This document shows, one piece after another, positions 17,111 through 27,336 of a stretch of 64,000 nt of DNA (its first letter is position 1; each line of letters opens with the position of its first letter). The notes below the pieces were generated by a model. That model was not told the DNA's origin. It worked only from the letters and a program-made list of their open reading frames with translations, and searched no databases. This DNA comes from an uncultured Gammaproteobacteria bacterium (GTDB lineage Bacteria; Pseudomonadota; Gammaproteobacteria; Arenicellales; JAANXG01): contig CAVSUY010000022.1 in assembly GCA_963731035.1 (NCBI GenBank), forward strand, positions 4,887-68,886, read 5' to 3'. Made by a program: the position numbers and the translations under genes.

Positions 17111-18328
17111 ATGGCCGACCCCAAACAAACACGCGACCTGGGCCTCATCCTCCTGCTCGGCCTGCTGACGGCGGCAGCCCCGTTGTCCATCGACATGTAC
17201 CTGCCCGCCCTGCCCCAGTTGCGCACGGATTTCGGGGTGGGCGAGGCGGCGGTGCAGCGCAGTCTCAGCAGCTTCTTCCTGGGGCTGGCGGTGGGCCAGC
17301 TTCTGCTCGGGCCGCTGTCCGATCGCTTCGGGCGCCGGGTCGTGCTCCAGATCGGGCTGGCGATGTACCTGGTGGGCTCGGTGCTGTGCCTGGCCAGCGA
17401 CGGCATCGCCGTGCTGGTCGCGGCGCGCTGCTTTCAGGGCCTGGGCGGCGCGGTGGGACCGGTGATCTCCAGGGCCATCGTCCGCGACCGCTTTCACGGT
17501 CCCCAGGCGGCGCGGGTGATGTCCTTCGTCATCATGGTGATGGGCGCGGCGCCCCTGCTGGCGCCGCCCATAGGCGGCATCGTCGTGACATGGTCGGGAT
17601 GGCGGACCATCTTCTGGATCCTCACGGCTTATGCGCTGCTGGCCCTGGTGCTGGTGACCTGGCGGCTGGCGGAAACCAATCCCGAGTCGCGCCGCCAGGG
17701 CGTGCACCTGTGGTCCCGCTTCCAGGCCTACGCGACGGTGCTGTCGAAGCCCTACGCCGTCGCCCAGCTATTGATCGGCGGCCTCACCTTCGGCGGCCTG
17801 TTCGCTTTCATCGCCGGGGCGCCGTTCGTGTTCATGGACCGCTTCGGAATTGCGGCTGATCATTTCGGCTTCTACTTCGCCGCCAATGTCGTCGGCATGC
17901 TGGTGATCACCTATCTCAACGGCCGGCTGGTGCTGCGTTATGGCACCGCCCGGCTGCAGCGGCTCGGCCTCACCGTGTCGGCGGCGGCCGGCGTGGCGCT
18001 GGCGGCGATGGCGCTGGCCGGCAAGCCCGGGCTGGTGAGCGTCACCTTACTGCTGATTGCGACGGTATCGATGATCGGGTTCATCGCCGGCAATACCGTG
18101 GCCAACCTGCTGGACCTGTTTCCGAACAACGCGGGGGCGGCGTCGGCGCTGTTCGGGGTGTTTCAGTTTACGATGGGCGCCGCGACCTCCGCCCTGGTGG
18201 GGATGGTTTCGGATGATCCCGTCACGGCGATGGGGGTGGTGCTGGCGATTACCGGGTGCGGGGCGTTGGGGGTGCAGCGGTTGTGTGCTTATCTCGGGGC
18301 GCGGGTGGTTTCCTCGGATTTGCCTTAA
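17111..18328 (+). CDS. bcr: MFS transporter, Bcr/CflA family
   Basis: PLSIDMYLPALPQLRTDFG...LGPLSDRFGRR signature. The track ORF start at 16943 runs over the repeat, so ATG 17111 is preferred. Confidence 0.9.
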   Translation: MADPKQTRDLGLILLLGLLTAAAPLSIDMYLPALPQLRTDFGVGEAAVQRSLSSFFLGLAVGQLLLGPLSDRFGRRVVLQIGLAMYLVGSVLCLASDGIAVLVAARCFQGLGGAVGPVISRAIVRDRFHGPQAARVMSFVIMVMGAAPLLAPPIGGIVVTWSGWRTIFWILTAYALLALVLVTWRLAETNPESRRQGVHLWSRFQAYATVLSKPYAVAQLLIGGLTFGGLFAFIAGAPFVFMDRFGIAADHFGFYFAANVVGMLVITYLNGRLVLRYGTARLQRLGLTVSAAAGVALAAMALAGKPGLVSVTLLLIATVSMIGFIAGNTVANLLDLFPNNAGAASALFGVFQFTMGAATSALVGMVSDDPVTAMGVVLAITGCGALGVQRLCAYLGARVVSSDLP

Positions 18329-18368
18329 GGATGGGGTTTGTCAGTGGGGTGGTGTGGCTTGTTGCCGC

Positions 18369-18470
18369 TTCCCCCTCATCCTGACCTTCTCCCCCAAGGG
18401 GGAGAAGGGACAATACTCCCTCTCCCGCTTGCGGGAGAGGGTCGGGGTGAGGGCTGTTGGGGTGAGGGTG
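18369..18470. repeat. G/C-rich hairpin repeats (family 3, two perfect hairpins)
   Basis: cttctcccccAAgggggagaag and ccctctcccgcTTgcgggagaggg. Confidence 0.8.
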
Positions 18471-18478
18471 TTGAGCTA

Positions 18479-19120
18479 TCAGGCGGTCTGCGTCAGGCAC
18501 GCCCCCGTGCCGGCCAGACCGCAGTAGCCGCCGGGGTTCTTCTCCAGATACTGCTGATGGAAATCCTCGGCGTAGTAGAAGGCCGGGGCGTCCAGGATCT
18601 CGGTAGTAATGTCGCCGTAGCGCCGTTCCTTCAATGCCTGCTGGAACTCCTGTCGCGAAGCCTCGGCGGCGGCCCGTTGGGCATCGTTGTGCACGTAGAT
18701 GGCGGAGCGGTACTGGGTACCCACGTCGTTGCCCTGGCGCATGCCCTGAGTGGGATCGTGGGACTCCCAGAACAGCTTGAGCAAGGTCTGGTAGCTGACC
18801 TGCGCGGGATCGTAGACTACCAGCACTACCTCGGTGTGCCCGGTCATGCCGCTGCAGACTTCTTTATAGGTCGGGTTGCGGGTGTAGCCGCCGGCGTAGC
18901 CCACGGCGGTGGTGTACACGCCCGGCAGCTTCCAGAACTCGCGCTCCGCGCCCCAGAAGCAGCCCATCCCGAACACCGCCTGCTCCATCCCGTCGGGGAA
19001 CGGGCCCTTGAGGGGCGTGCCCAGCACGCAGTGCCGGTCCGGGACCGACATTTGCTCGTCGCGGCCCGGCAGGGCGTCAGTCTCGGCGGGGATGGATGTC
19101 TTCTTGTCGAACCAGTGCAT
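18479..19120 (-). CDS. msrA: peptide-methionine (S)-S-oxide reductase (cytoplasmic)
   Basis: MHWFDKK...ALPGRDEQM...GMGCFWGAE. Aligns along its length with E. coli MsrA. Confidence 0.9.
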   Translation of the reverse strand: MHWFDKKTSIPAETDALPGRDEQMSVPDRHCVLGTPLKGPFPDGMEQAVFGMGCFWGAEREFWKLPGVYTTAVGYAGGYTRNPTYKEVCSGMTGHTEVVLVVYDPAQVSYQTLLKLFWESHDPTQGMRQGNDVGTQYRSAIYVHNDAQRAAAEASRQEFQQALKERRYGDITTEILDAPAFYYAEDFHQQYLEKNPGGYCGLAGTGACLTQTA

Positions 19121-19227
19121 GAGGCCTCGTTTGATCATGGTCGGTGGTTGCCGTCGTCGAAAGTCTATCACCCGGTGTCACAAATTGATCCGCGGAAGCG
19201 GCCTGAAGTTCCCCTGCGGCCGGCGTG

Positions 19228-19431
19228 TCACCGGGCGGCCGCCTCCCCCTCCGCCGTCTTGTGGCGGTATTCCTCGGATTCCTTGAGAATCCGCTCGATG
19301 TCCACCAGGGCCATCTCGCCGCTCTCCAGCAGCCCGGCATAGGTGAAATAGCCCGAGTGGTCGATGTCCCGCCCGAGCAGCTCGCGGTAGAGCCGGTTCA
19401 GCTCGTGGTAGTAGGGGCGGATTCCGGCCAC
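19228..19431 (-). CDS. small DUF4214-like protein
   Basis: LYRELLGRDIDHSGYFTYAGLLESG pattern. Lies 4 nt after the 888-aa gene. Confidence 0.5.
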   Translation of the reverse strand: MAGIRPYYHELNRLYRELLGRDIDHSGYFTYAGLLESGEMALVDIERILKESEEYRHKTAEGEAAAR

Positions 19432-19434
19432 GGC

Positions 19435-22101
19435 TCAGACCCCGCCCCTGCACGCCAGCGGCTTGCCGGAGCTGCGGCCGGTCCACTGCTCCCCCAGCAG
19501 CGCCATGATGGTGGGCACCACATCGAAGGTGCTGCGCCGTCCATAGTCGCCTGGCGCTATGCCGTCGGCGACAAGCCATGCCGCACCAAAGCCGCGGTGT
19601 CCGCCGGGCCGGCGCCACGGCGCCGGCCCGACGCGGCCGTAGTCCGGGTGATCGATCGCCACCGTGGGAGATTTCCAGCGCACTTTCAGATCGCAGTCGG
19701 TGGCGTCGAGGCGCAAAGGGTCCGGCCCGTCGTAGCGACGTACGTGGTCGACCACCGTCTCCCCGGTCTGGTGGTCGCGGCACTTCATCAGGGTGTCGAC
19801 GAGGTGCTCGCAAAGCGCTCCGTACTGCTCTAGCGGCACCCTGCCCTGGCGCTCGCGCCCGCGCAGGTTGATCCGGATCCTGCCGTCGTAGAGTGACGGC
19901 AGGGCGAAGGCGTCCATCATGTGCCAGGCCGGCTGGTAGTGCGCCGCAGGCATGAAAGCCAGATTGCCGAGGTCGTTCGCGTCGGGTGCGGCAAACTGCT
20001 CCGGCAGCGTGATCTGCCGGTTCACCGTTTGTGACCAATCCGCGCCCGGCGCCAGCATCGCGGCAGGGTCCGCGCCATGCCAATCCGCACGCGGTTCGAA
20101 CGCGGGGCATCCGAAGGCGCGGCGGAACATGAGCTCCGGCAACAACAGCATGCTGGAGACGTCGGAGCGATTGCCTCCCATGCCGTGCGGCGAGAACACC
20201 AGCAGGTCGACGCCCGGAAACTCCGCCCGGAGTTCGCCCAGCACACTGTCGGCTGCCCGGAACACCGCGCGTATGCCCTCGCCCGCGACGACCGCCGAGG
20301 GCGCCGCGTGCAGGGGATGCCCGCGATCGACACCGTGCCATAAGCCCTCCACCGCGGAATGGAATTCGCCCATGGTCACCATGGCCAGATCCCAACTGGT
20401 AAAGCGCTCGCTGAACAGCCAACGGCAGATCTCGCCGCGGCGACGCACCGACTCGGCCAGTAGTCTGCCCATCTCGGCCGCGCGCTCGACGCTGGGCCAC
20501 ACGAAACCGTAGATCCAGTCGCGTGCTGGATAGTCGCCGAAGCGGCCCGCGATTTCCCGTTCCAGGGACACCGGCTTGGAACGCCGCGGCGTTCCGGGAT
20601 CATGCGCGCCCCAGCTTGTGAGGCCGGAGACGTTGCGGGTGCCGGCGAGATCGAAATACGGGACATCGAAGACCACGGTATGGGCCTCCAGGCCGTCGAC
20701 GAAAGTACGCTCCCGGGTGCCGCGCTGGCGGGTGCGATAGGTGTCGACATCGAAATCGATGGCGGAGAAGCGGCCGTAATCCGCCGGCGCATACCCGGTG
20801 CTGAAGTGCTCCCAGGCCAGGCCGGTCAACAAGGCATCACCGTGGTCGAGCTCGAAACGCGCGCTGTCTTCGTGAAGTGCCTTGAATCCCGGCAACTCGC
20901 CCGCGGCGACCATCTCGTCGGCCAGCGAAGCGACAAAACCGTCCAGGCACACCACCAGCAGCGGCCGGGTCTTCTTCCTGCGCCGCGCCCGGTAGTGGCC
21001 GGGCACGACCTCCCAGGCCAGCCGGCGGCCGTCCTCGACGGCGCCCTGGTGCAGCTCCGCCAGCCACTGCGAGGGCGGTGTATCGACAGCCAGGTGCGCG
21101 CGCCGAGAACCAAACAGCCGGTCCAGCGCGTCACCCGAGACCGCGGCGACGGCCGCGTCCGGGTCGCCGTCCACGTCCAGCAGCTCGTCCAGGAAGCCGT
21201 CGCCGAGACCGTGGTCGTAGAGCCAGCGGAGGGTCTGGCGTTCCGGTCCGATCCAATTCTCCACCCCGGCCGGCGGCAGCCACAGTCCGCAGGCGCCGTC
21301 CCCGGTGAGTCTGCGGAATATGCACTGCTCGTCGCCGCCGCGCAGCACCGTGCCGGGCTGTCGCCCGAGCCGGGGGTCGAAGCGCAGACGCTCGAAAGTG
21401 CCGGCGCGAAACGCCATGTTGGCACCGAAGGGCAAGAACGCCGCGCCCTCGCCCAGCTCCGCGAATTCCGCGCTGGGATCGATGTGGGCGAATACCTCCG
21501 GGAAAAGCCGGGCCGCGGTCCCGGTCCAGGGCGGAGGTTCGCCTTCGAACCGGGCGCGCACCGGACCGCCGAAAAACGAGAACTGCGGCCAGTACCGGAA
21601 CGCGCGTTCGTACACGGACAGCCAGTTGTCGGGCACGGCCACATCGTCGTCGGTCCACAGCGTGTGGCGATGGGGACCGATCCACTCGATAGCCCGGTTG
21701 CGGGCCCGGGCATGGCCGGGCTCGGGCTCGTGGAGCAGCGTGAGGGGCAGAGTCGCTTCGAATTCACGCACCACGCGCCGGGTAGCGTCGGCGTGAGCAC
21801 CGCCATCGTCGTTGTTGTCCACAATCACGACTTCCCAGTTCAGGTCGCCCGGCACCTGCATCCCCGACAGGGACTGCAGCAGCCTGGCCAGTGGCCGCGG
21901 GCGGTCGCGGGTGCAGACCACGATCGAGATCATGGATGCGGTACCGGGGCCGGCATCGGGCACCACGAATTCCACCGGCTCGGTCGACGCCGCCGGGGCG
22001 GACATGGCACTGTTCGATCTGGAAGATGGTACCGACCGGGCGCCGGCACCGGCTCTATGACGCATCGAATCGACAGGACTCGTTTGTTGACCACCGATCA
22101 A
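19435..22101 (-). CDS. fusion protein: GT2 glycosyltransferase (N) + alkaline-phosphatase-superfamily phosphodiesterase/sulfatase-like domain (C)
   Basis: ISIVVCTRDRP...VVIVDNNDDGG is GT2-like. LVVCLDGF...GELPGF...FSPHGMG is AlkP-like. Start is ambiguous (MSAPAAS or MISIVV). Confidence 0.8.
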   Translation of the reverse strand: MIGGQQTSPVDSMRHRAGAGARSVPSSRSNSAMSAPAASTEPVEFVVPDAGPGTASMISIVVCTRDRPRPLARLLQSLSGMQVPGDLNWEVVIVDNNDDGGAHADATRRVVREFEATLPLTLLHEPEPGHARARNRAIEWIGPHRHTLWTDDDVAVPDNWLSVYERAFRYWPQFSFFGGPVRARFEGEPPPWTGTAARLFPEVFAHIDPSAEFAELGEGAAFLPFGANMAFRAGTFERLRFDPRLGRQPGTVLRGGDEQCIFRRLTGDGACGLWLPPAGVENWIGPERQTLRWLYDHGLGDGFLDELLDVDGDPDAAVAAVSGDALDRLFGSRRAHLAVDTPPSQWLAELHQGAVEDGRRLAWEVVPGHYRARRRKKTRPLLVVCLDGFVASLADEMVAAGELPGFKALHEDSARFELDHGDALLTGLAWEHFSTGYAPADYGRFSAIDFDVDTYRTRQRGTRERTFVDGLEAHTVVFDVPYFDLAGTRNVSGLTSWGAHDPGTPRRSKPVSLEREIAGRFGDYPARDWIYGFVWPSVERAAEMGRLLAESVRRRGEICRWLFSERFTSWDLAMVTMGEFHSAVEGLWHGVDRGHPLHAAPSAVVAGEGIRAVFRAADSVLGELRAEFPGVDLLVFSPHGMGGNRSDVSSMLLLPELMFRRAFGCPAFEPRADWHGADPAAMLAPGADWSQTVNRQITLPEQFAAPDANDLGNLAFMPAAHYQPAWHMMDAFALPSLYDGRIRINLRGRERQGRVPLEQYGALCEHLVDTLMKCRDHQTGETVVDHVRRYDGPDPLRLDATDCDLKVRWKSPTVAIDHPDYGRVGPAPWRRPGGHRGFGAAWLVADGIAPGDYGRRSTFDVVPTIMALLGEQWTGRSSGKPLACRGGV

Positions 22102-22140
22102 TTACCATCATTCACTCCGAAAGATCAATCCGGGAAACCC

Positions 22141-22683
22141 ATGAAGTTCCTGAAACGCTTAATCCTGTTGTTACTCCTGCTGATCCTCATCCTGATCGGC
22201 ATCGGCTACGAGCTGCCGGACACGGCCCACGTGGAGCGCAGCATTCGCATCGACGCACCGCCCGAGACCGTGTTCCCCTACGTCAGCGACTTCAGGAAGT
22301 TCAATGAGTGGTCGCCGTGGGCGCAGAAGGATCCCGACATGAAATACACTTTCGGCGGGCCTGAATCGGGTGTGGGGGCGACCATGACCTGGCACAGCAA
22401 TGACCCGGACATCGGCAACGGCAGCAACCTGATCACCCAGAGCAAGCCGCCGCACCACGTAGCCAGCCGGCTGGAGCTCGGTGCAGAAGCGACCACGGCA
22501 ACATCCTACTTCAACATCACGCCCGTGAGCGGCGGCAGCAAAGTGACCTGGGGCTTCGATACCGAGTTCGGCAACAACCTGATCGCACGCTACTTCGGCC
22601 TGATGATGGACCGTTGGGTCGGCGGCGAGTACGACACGGGACTCCAGAACCTCAAGACCCTGGTGGAGAAGAAAGATGCCTGA
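22141..22683 (+). CDS. SRPBCC (polyketide-cyclase-like) family protein with N-terminal TM anchor
   Basis: MKFLKRLILLLLLLILILIG followed by HVERSIRIDAPPETVFPYVSDFRKFNEWSPW. Confidence 0.8.
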   Translation: MKFLKRLILLLLLLILILIGIGYELPDTAHVERSIRIDAPPETVFPYVSDFRKFNEWSPWAQKDPDMKYTFGGPESGVGATMTWHSNDPDIGNGSNLITQSKPPHHVASRLELGAEATTATSYFNITPVSGGSKVTWGFDTEFGNNLIARYFGLMMDRWVGGEYDTGLQNLKTLVEKKDA

Positions 22684-23116
22684 GCTCGGACATGTGGTTT
22701 TTTACGTACGCGATCTTCAGCGATCCGTGGATTTTTATCGCGACGCCGTCGGCCTGACGTTCAAGGGCAAAATCTTCGATGGACGTGCCGGCATGCTGAC
22801 CGGCGGCCGCACCCATCACGAGCTGCTGTTGATCGAAGTGGATGATGCGCCCGGTCCGATGCAGGGCCGCCGCATCGGCCTGTATCACACCGGCTGGAAG
22901 ATCGGCGAGTCGCTGGACGAGCTGCGCGCCAAGAAAGCGCAGCTCGAGAAGCTCGGCTACGGCATCGACGGCCAGTCCGACCACACCGTGAGCCAGAGCT
23001 TGTACCTGCGCGATCCCGACGGCAACGAGGTGGAGCTGTTCGTGGATGATCCAAGCTATGACTGGAAGAATCGCGAGGAGTGGATGGAGGCGCCGGTGTT
23101 GCCGCTGGAGTTGTGA
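22676..23116 (+). CDS. VOC/glyoxalase family protein
   Basis: LGHVVFYVRDLQRSVDFYRDAVGL. Overlaps the previous gene by 8 nt. Confidence 0.85.
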   Translation: MPELGHVVFYVRDLQRSVDFYRDAVGLTFKGKIFDGRAGMLTGGRTHHELLLIEVDDAPGPMQGRRIGLYHTGWKIGESLDELRAKKAQLEKLGYGIDGQSDHTVSQSLYLRDPDGNEVELFVDDPSYDWKNREEWMEAPVLPLEL

Positions 23117-23118
23117 GG

Positions 23119-23199
23119 AATCGCGGCTGAAGCCGCTCCTACAATCCGGGGTTCACCGTGGTGCCGATCCCGGGATCGCAGGAGCGGCTTCAGCCGCTA
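23119..23199. repeat. REPIN of REP family 2
   Basis: aatcgcggctgaagccgctcctac ... gcaggagcggcttcagccgcta in inverted orientation. Confidence 0.85.
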
Positions 23200-23218
23200 T
23201 TGCCGAGGAACACGACAT

Positions 23219-23830
23219 ATGAGAATACTGAAATCGCTCATCCCGGCCATCGCGCTGCTCGCGGCCTGGTCATGCGCCGGTCCCGCCTCCGCGTCGGACA
23301 CGGGCCCCGCCATCGCCACCTTCGCCGGCGGATGCTTCTGGTGCATGGAGCCGCCTTTCGAAAAGCTGGATGGCGTCGTCTCCGTCACGTCCGGCTACAC
23401 CGGCGGCCACACTGTGAACCCCACCTACGAAGAGGTCTCCGCCGGCGGCACCGGCCATGCCGAGTCGGTGGAGATCAAGTACGACCCCGCCAGGATCAGC
23501 TATCAACAGTTGCTGGACGTGTTCTGGGTGAACCACGACCCGACCACCAACACGGGCCAGTTCTGCGACCATGGCAACCAGTATCGCCCGGCGATTTTCT
23601 ACCACGACGCCGAGCAGAAGCGTCTCGCCGAGGCGTCGAGGCAGAAGATCGAGGATACCCACCCGTTCCCGGTGCTGACCGAGATCACGCCGGCGACGGA
23701 GTTCTATCCCGCGGAGGAATATCACCAGGGCTACTACAAGAAGAATCCCCTCAGGTACAAATTTTATCGCTATACCTGCGGGCGCGACGCCCGCTTGAAG
23801 GAGCTGTGGGGCGAGGCGGCGGCCCACTAG
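23219..23830 (+). CDS. msrA: peptide-methionine (S)-S-oxide reductase with signal peptide (periplasmic paralogue)
   Basis: MRILKSLIPAIALLAAWSCAGPASA followed by GGCFWCMEPPFE...GYTGG. Confidence 0.9.
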   Translation: MRILKSLIPAIALLAAWSCAGPASASDTGPAIATFAGGCFWCMEPPFEKLDGVVSVTSGYTGGHTVNPTYEEVSAGGTGHAESVEIKYDPARISYQQLLDVFWVNHDPTTNTGQFCDHGNQYRPAIFYHDAEQKRLAEASRQKIEDTHPFPVLTEITPATEFYPAEEYHQGYYKKNPLRYKFYRYTCGRDARLKELWGEAAAH

Positions 23831-23862
23831 CACGGCGCGGGTATTGACCACGGTTCACGCCG

Positions 23863-23986
23863 GTCGCGGCTGCAGGCCGCTCCTGTAACCCGAAGGTCAC
23901 CGTGGCACCAATTACGGGGTTGCAGGAGCGGCTTTAGCCACGATGATCCGGGAACCGGTACCGATCGCGACTGAAGTCGCTCCTAC
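23863..23986. repeat. cluster of three REP family 2 units
   Basis: gtcgcggctgcaggccgctcctgt, gcaggagcggctttagccacgat, gatcgcgactgaagtcgctcctac. Confidence 0.85.
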
Positions 23987-24010
23987 GATCCGTGGTTCAA
24001 TGCGGGCGCG

Positions 24011-25129
24011 TCAGTCTTGCAGCGCCTCTCGCGGGTCGTAGTAGGTGTAGCCGAGATCGTCGGCGACTTCCCTGTAGACCACCTTGCCCTTGTAAACGTT
24101 CAAGCCGTTGAGTAGATGCGGATTGTCCAGCAGGGCCTGCTTGTAGCCCTTGTCGGCGATGTTCAACAAGTGCGGCAGGGTGACGTTGTTCAGCGCGTAA
24201 GTGGAGGTGAGCGGTACCCCGCCGGGCATGTTGGCCACGCAGTAGTGCACTACGTCGTGCACGACGTACGTGGGATGCGAATGAGTGGTCGCCCTGGAAG
24301 TCTCAAAGCAGCCTCCCTGGTCGATGGCGACGTCGACGATCACCGCGCCGGCTTTCATCTCCTTGACCATTTCCTCGGTCACGAGCTTGGGCGCCGCGGC
24401 CCCAGGGATGAGAACGCCGCCGATGACGAGGTCCGCGTCCCGAACGTGCTGCTCGATGGCCTCGGTCGTGGAGAACACGGTGGTGGTGGTGCGGCCGAAC
24501 TGCTGCCAGTGGGACTCCAGCACCTCCGGATTGCGATCGATGACCCACACGTCCGCGCCCATGCCGACGGCGATGAAGGTCGCATGCTTGCCCACGACCC
24601 CCGCCCCGATGACCACGACCTTGGCCGGATGCACGCCCGGCACGCCGCCGAGCAGCATGCCGAGACCACCGTGGGGATGCTCCAGGCAGTAGGCACCCGC
24701 CTGCACCGCCATGCGCCCGGCCACCTTGGACATGGGCGCGAGCAGCGGCAGGCCGCCGTAGGGAGAGGTCACGGTTTCGTAAGCAATACAGACTGCGCCG
24801 CTGTTCACCAGGTCCTTGGTCTGCTCGGGATCGGGCGCGAGGTGCAGGTAGGTATAAAGGATCTGGTTCTCGCGCAGCATGGCGCGCTCCACCGCCTGGG
24901 GCTCCTTGACCTTCACGATCATGTCGGCCCGGGCAAAGATCTCCTCGGCGCTGTCGATGATCTGCGCCCCGGCGTTGCGATAGTCTTCGTCGCTGGATCG
25001 AATACCCTCGCCGGCGTTGGCCTGCACCAGCACCTCGTGGCCATGCGTCACGGCTTCGCGCACGCTCGAGGGTGCCATGCCTACGCGGTATTCGTTGTCT
25101 TTGATTTCCTTGGGTACGCCAATCAGCAT
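24011..25129 (-). CDS. ald: alanine dehydrogenase
   Basis: [20 protein letters not shown]...VIGAGVVG... 372 aa. The track ORF has a spurious 31-aa N-terminal extension. Confidence 0.95.
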   Translation of the reverse strand: MLIGVPKEIKDNEYRVGMAPSSVREAVTHGHEVLVQANAGEGIRSSDEDYRNAGAQIIDSAEEIFARADMIVKVKEPQAVERAMLRENQILYTYLHLAPDPEQTKDLVNSGAVCIAYETVTSPYGGLPLLAPMSKVAGRMAVQAGAYCLEHPHGGLGMLLGGVPGVHPAKVVVIGAGVVGKHATFIAVGMGADVWVIDRNPEVLESHWQQFGRTTTTVFSTTEAIEQHVRDADLVIGGVLIPGAAAPKLVTEEMVKEMKAGAVIVDVAIDQGGCFETSRATTHSHPTYVVHDVVHYCVANMPGGVPLTSTYALNNVTLPHLLNIADKGYKQALLDNPHLLNGLNVYKGKVVYREVADDLGYTYYDPREALQD

Positions 25130-25569
25130 GATTCGTCTCCGGGGCAATTGATAAAGGCCGGCGTGCTGCTTGCCGGCCTTCGGGTGAACATTTTCGGTAT
25201 GCGCAATGTTAGGGCGTTGCACGCCCGTGTACCAGAGGCGGCGGGCGGCGGGGACCCGGTTGCGGGCCCGGCAACGACGTTTGTGTGCGTTTTATGTAGA
25301 AAGATCTTCTTGAGCCGGCTCGAGGCTCGATTCTTCCCGCAAACGACGCTCGCTTGTCCCCAAGACCGATGTCACGGCCGCAAGGGACCGGCTACGTCCC
25401 TTCCGTGGGGCCGGGCTTCGCGGTTGCCTCGGAAAGAGTTTCCAGCGGCGCACAAAGAATAGAAAAAAACGTCTGCCGCTCGACGGTGCCGGAATGTTCC
25501 GCCGGGCTGGAGCACAGGCGCCTTCCTTTGTGTCAAAATGAGCCGAAGCCACAACGGCGTGTAAGACCC

Positions 25570-26880
25570 ATGAAACTCGACCAAGACAATATGTACAACT
25601 ACTGGATGCCGTTCACCGGCAACCGAGACTTCAAATCCGAGCCCAGGATCATGGTCCGGGGCGAAGGTGTTTACGTGTGGAACCAGAACGGGGACCGGGT
25701 GCTGGACGGCTCGTCGGGATTATTCTGCTGCGCCGCCGGCCACAGCCGGCGGGAGATCGCCGACGCCGTCTACGAGCAGATGAAAGAGCTCGCCTACGCA
25801 CCGCCGTTCCAGGTCGCGCAGCCCAAGGCCTTCGAGCTGGCTCGCCGGGTGGCGGCGCTGACGCCGGCGGACCTGGACCACGTGTTCTTCGTGAACTCCG
25901 GCTCGGAGTCCGTGGACACGGCGATGAAGATCGCCTATGCGTATCACTATGCGCGCGGCGAGGGCCAGCGGATCCGCTTCGCCTCCCGGGAACGCGCCTA
26001 CCACGGGGTCAACATGGGCGGCGTTTCCTTGAGCGGCATGATTAAGAACCGTCAGGCCTTCGGTCCCGGCCTGCCGGGCGTTGCCCACATGCGGCACACC
26101 TGGCTGCCGGAGCACCGGATGGTCAGGGGCCAGCCCGAAGCCGGCGCCGAGCTGGCGGACGACCTGGATCGCATCGCCATGAACTTCGGGCCCGATACCA
26201 TTGCCGCCTGCGTGGTGGAACCCATCGCCGGCTCCACCGGGTGCCTGGTGCCGCCCAAGGGCTACCTGGAGCGGCTGCGGGAGATCTGCGACCGGCACGG
26301 CATACTGCTGATATTTGACGAGGTGATCTGCGGCTTCGGGCGCACCGGCAAGCCTTTTGCTTCCGACAGCTTCGGTGTGGTGCCCGACATCATGACCATG
26401 GCCAAGGCGCTCACCAATGCCGCCCAGCCCATGGGTGCGGTGGCAGTGAACAACAAGGTCCACGATGCCATCATGAACGCGGCCCCGGGCAAGTCCATCG
26501 AGCTGTTCCACGGCTATACCTACTCCGCCCACCCGGCGGCCTGCGCCGCGGGGCTCGCCACCCTGGACATCTATGAAAAAGAGAAGCTGTTCGACAAGGC
26601 GGCCGGGCTGTCGGGGTACTTCCTGGATTCGATCTTCGCCCTGCAGGAGCTGCCGGTGGTCAACGACATCCGCGGCTACGGTCTGATCGCGGCCTTCGAG
26701 TTGAAACCTGGCGACGCTCCCGGCGCCCGCGGCTTGGAGGTGCAAAAGCGACTGTTCAAGGCCGGCCTGCACGTCAAGTTCACCGGCGACACCGGCATCC
26801 CCGCTCCACCGTTCGTGAGCGAGAAAGGGCATATCGACGAGATGTGCGGGATTCTGCGCGAGGTGCTGGGGGAGTATTGA
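25570..26880 (+). CDS. class III (omega-amino acid/beta-alanine:pyruvate-type) aminotransferase
   Basis: YWMPFTGNRDF, LIFDEVICGFGRTG and MAKALTN (PLP lysine). Confidence 0.9.
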   Translation: MKLDQDNMYNYWMPFTGNRDFKSEPRIMVRGEGVYVWNQNGDRVLDGSSGLFCCAAGHSRREIADAVYEQMKELAYAPPFQVAQPKAFELARRVAALTPADLDHVFFVNSGSESVDTAMKIAYAYHYARGEGQRIRFASRERAYHGVNMGGVSLSGMIKNRQAFGPGLPGVAHMRHTWLPEHRMVRGQPEAGAELADDLDRIAMNFGPDTIAACVVEPIAGSTGCLVPPKGYLERLREICDRHGILLIFDEVICGFGRTGKPFASDSFGVVPDIMTMAKALTNAAQPMGAVAVNNKVHDAIMNAAPGKSIELFHGYTYSAHPAACAAGLATLDIYEKEKLFDKAAGLSGYFLDSIFALQELPVVNDIRGYGLIAAFELKPGDAPGARGLEVQKRLFKAGLHVKFTGDTGIPAPPFVSEKGHIDEMCGILREVLGEY

Positions 26881-26960
26881 GGCTCCGGAGGGAGCCAAAC
26901 GTCAATCGCGGCTGGCGGCAATTGCTCCCGGCAATATGCCGCACTTCCTCCGTCCGTGGA

Positions 26961-27037
26961 GGTCGAAGCCGCTCCTGCAATCCCGGGCCAATCGCGGTGC
27001 TGATCCCTGGATCGTAGGAGCGGCTTTAGCCGCGATT
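26961..27037. repeat. REPIN of REP family 2
   Basis: ggtcgaagccgctcctgc ... gtaggagcggctttagccgcgatt. Confidence 0.85.
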
Positions 27038-27042
27038 CCTCC

Positions 27043-27267
27043 TTACTCACGCCAGAACGGTTTCCGATACTCCCGATACGCGTCGAGCCGGCTGATCCCA
27101 ATGTCTTTCAGGAGGTGCTCCGGCATCTCCAGCAGCTCCCGGCGCTCGACGGCGCGCTTGTGCCACTCGGACAGGCGGTCCATGGCACGAAGAACCCGTT
27201 CGAACAGGGAAACCCGCACGGTGGGCCGGTCGCACAGATCGTCAAAGCAGATATCAGTCGTGGTCAT
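27043..27267 (-). CDS. DUF1127 small protein
   Basis: C-terminal ELLEMPEHLLKDIGISR motif. Divergent from the LysR gene. Confidence 0.75.
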   Translation of the reverse strand: MTTTDICFDDLCDRPTVRVSLFERVLRAMDRLSEWHKRAVERRELLEMPEHLLKDIGISRLDAYREYRKPFWRE

Positions 27268-27336
27268 GGCTTATCTCCATTAGTATTTGCAATAGTGGCA
27301 TGGGCGGTATTGCCCTGCTGAGATGCGTTATATGCC

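Noticed and set aside
19178-22683. Long ORFs 19178-20500 (-), 20602-22683 (+), 20826-21824 (-), 21131-21685 (-)
   Set aside because: Shadows of the 888-aa GT2-AlkP gene. Only the last ~180 codons of 20602-22683 are real (the SRPBCC protein from ATG 22141).
25354-26880. N-terminal extensions of track ORFs (508-aa aminotransferase; 1047-aa peptidase 59283-62426; 461-aa bcr 16943-18328; 403-aa ald)
   Set aside because: The extensions cross REP or intergenic sequence and lack homology. Internal ATGs with SD or family-typical N-termini are preferred.
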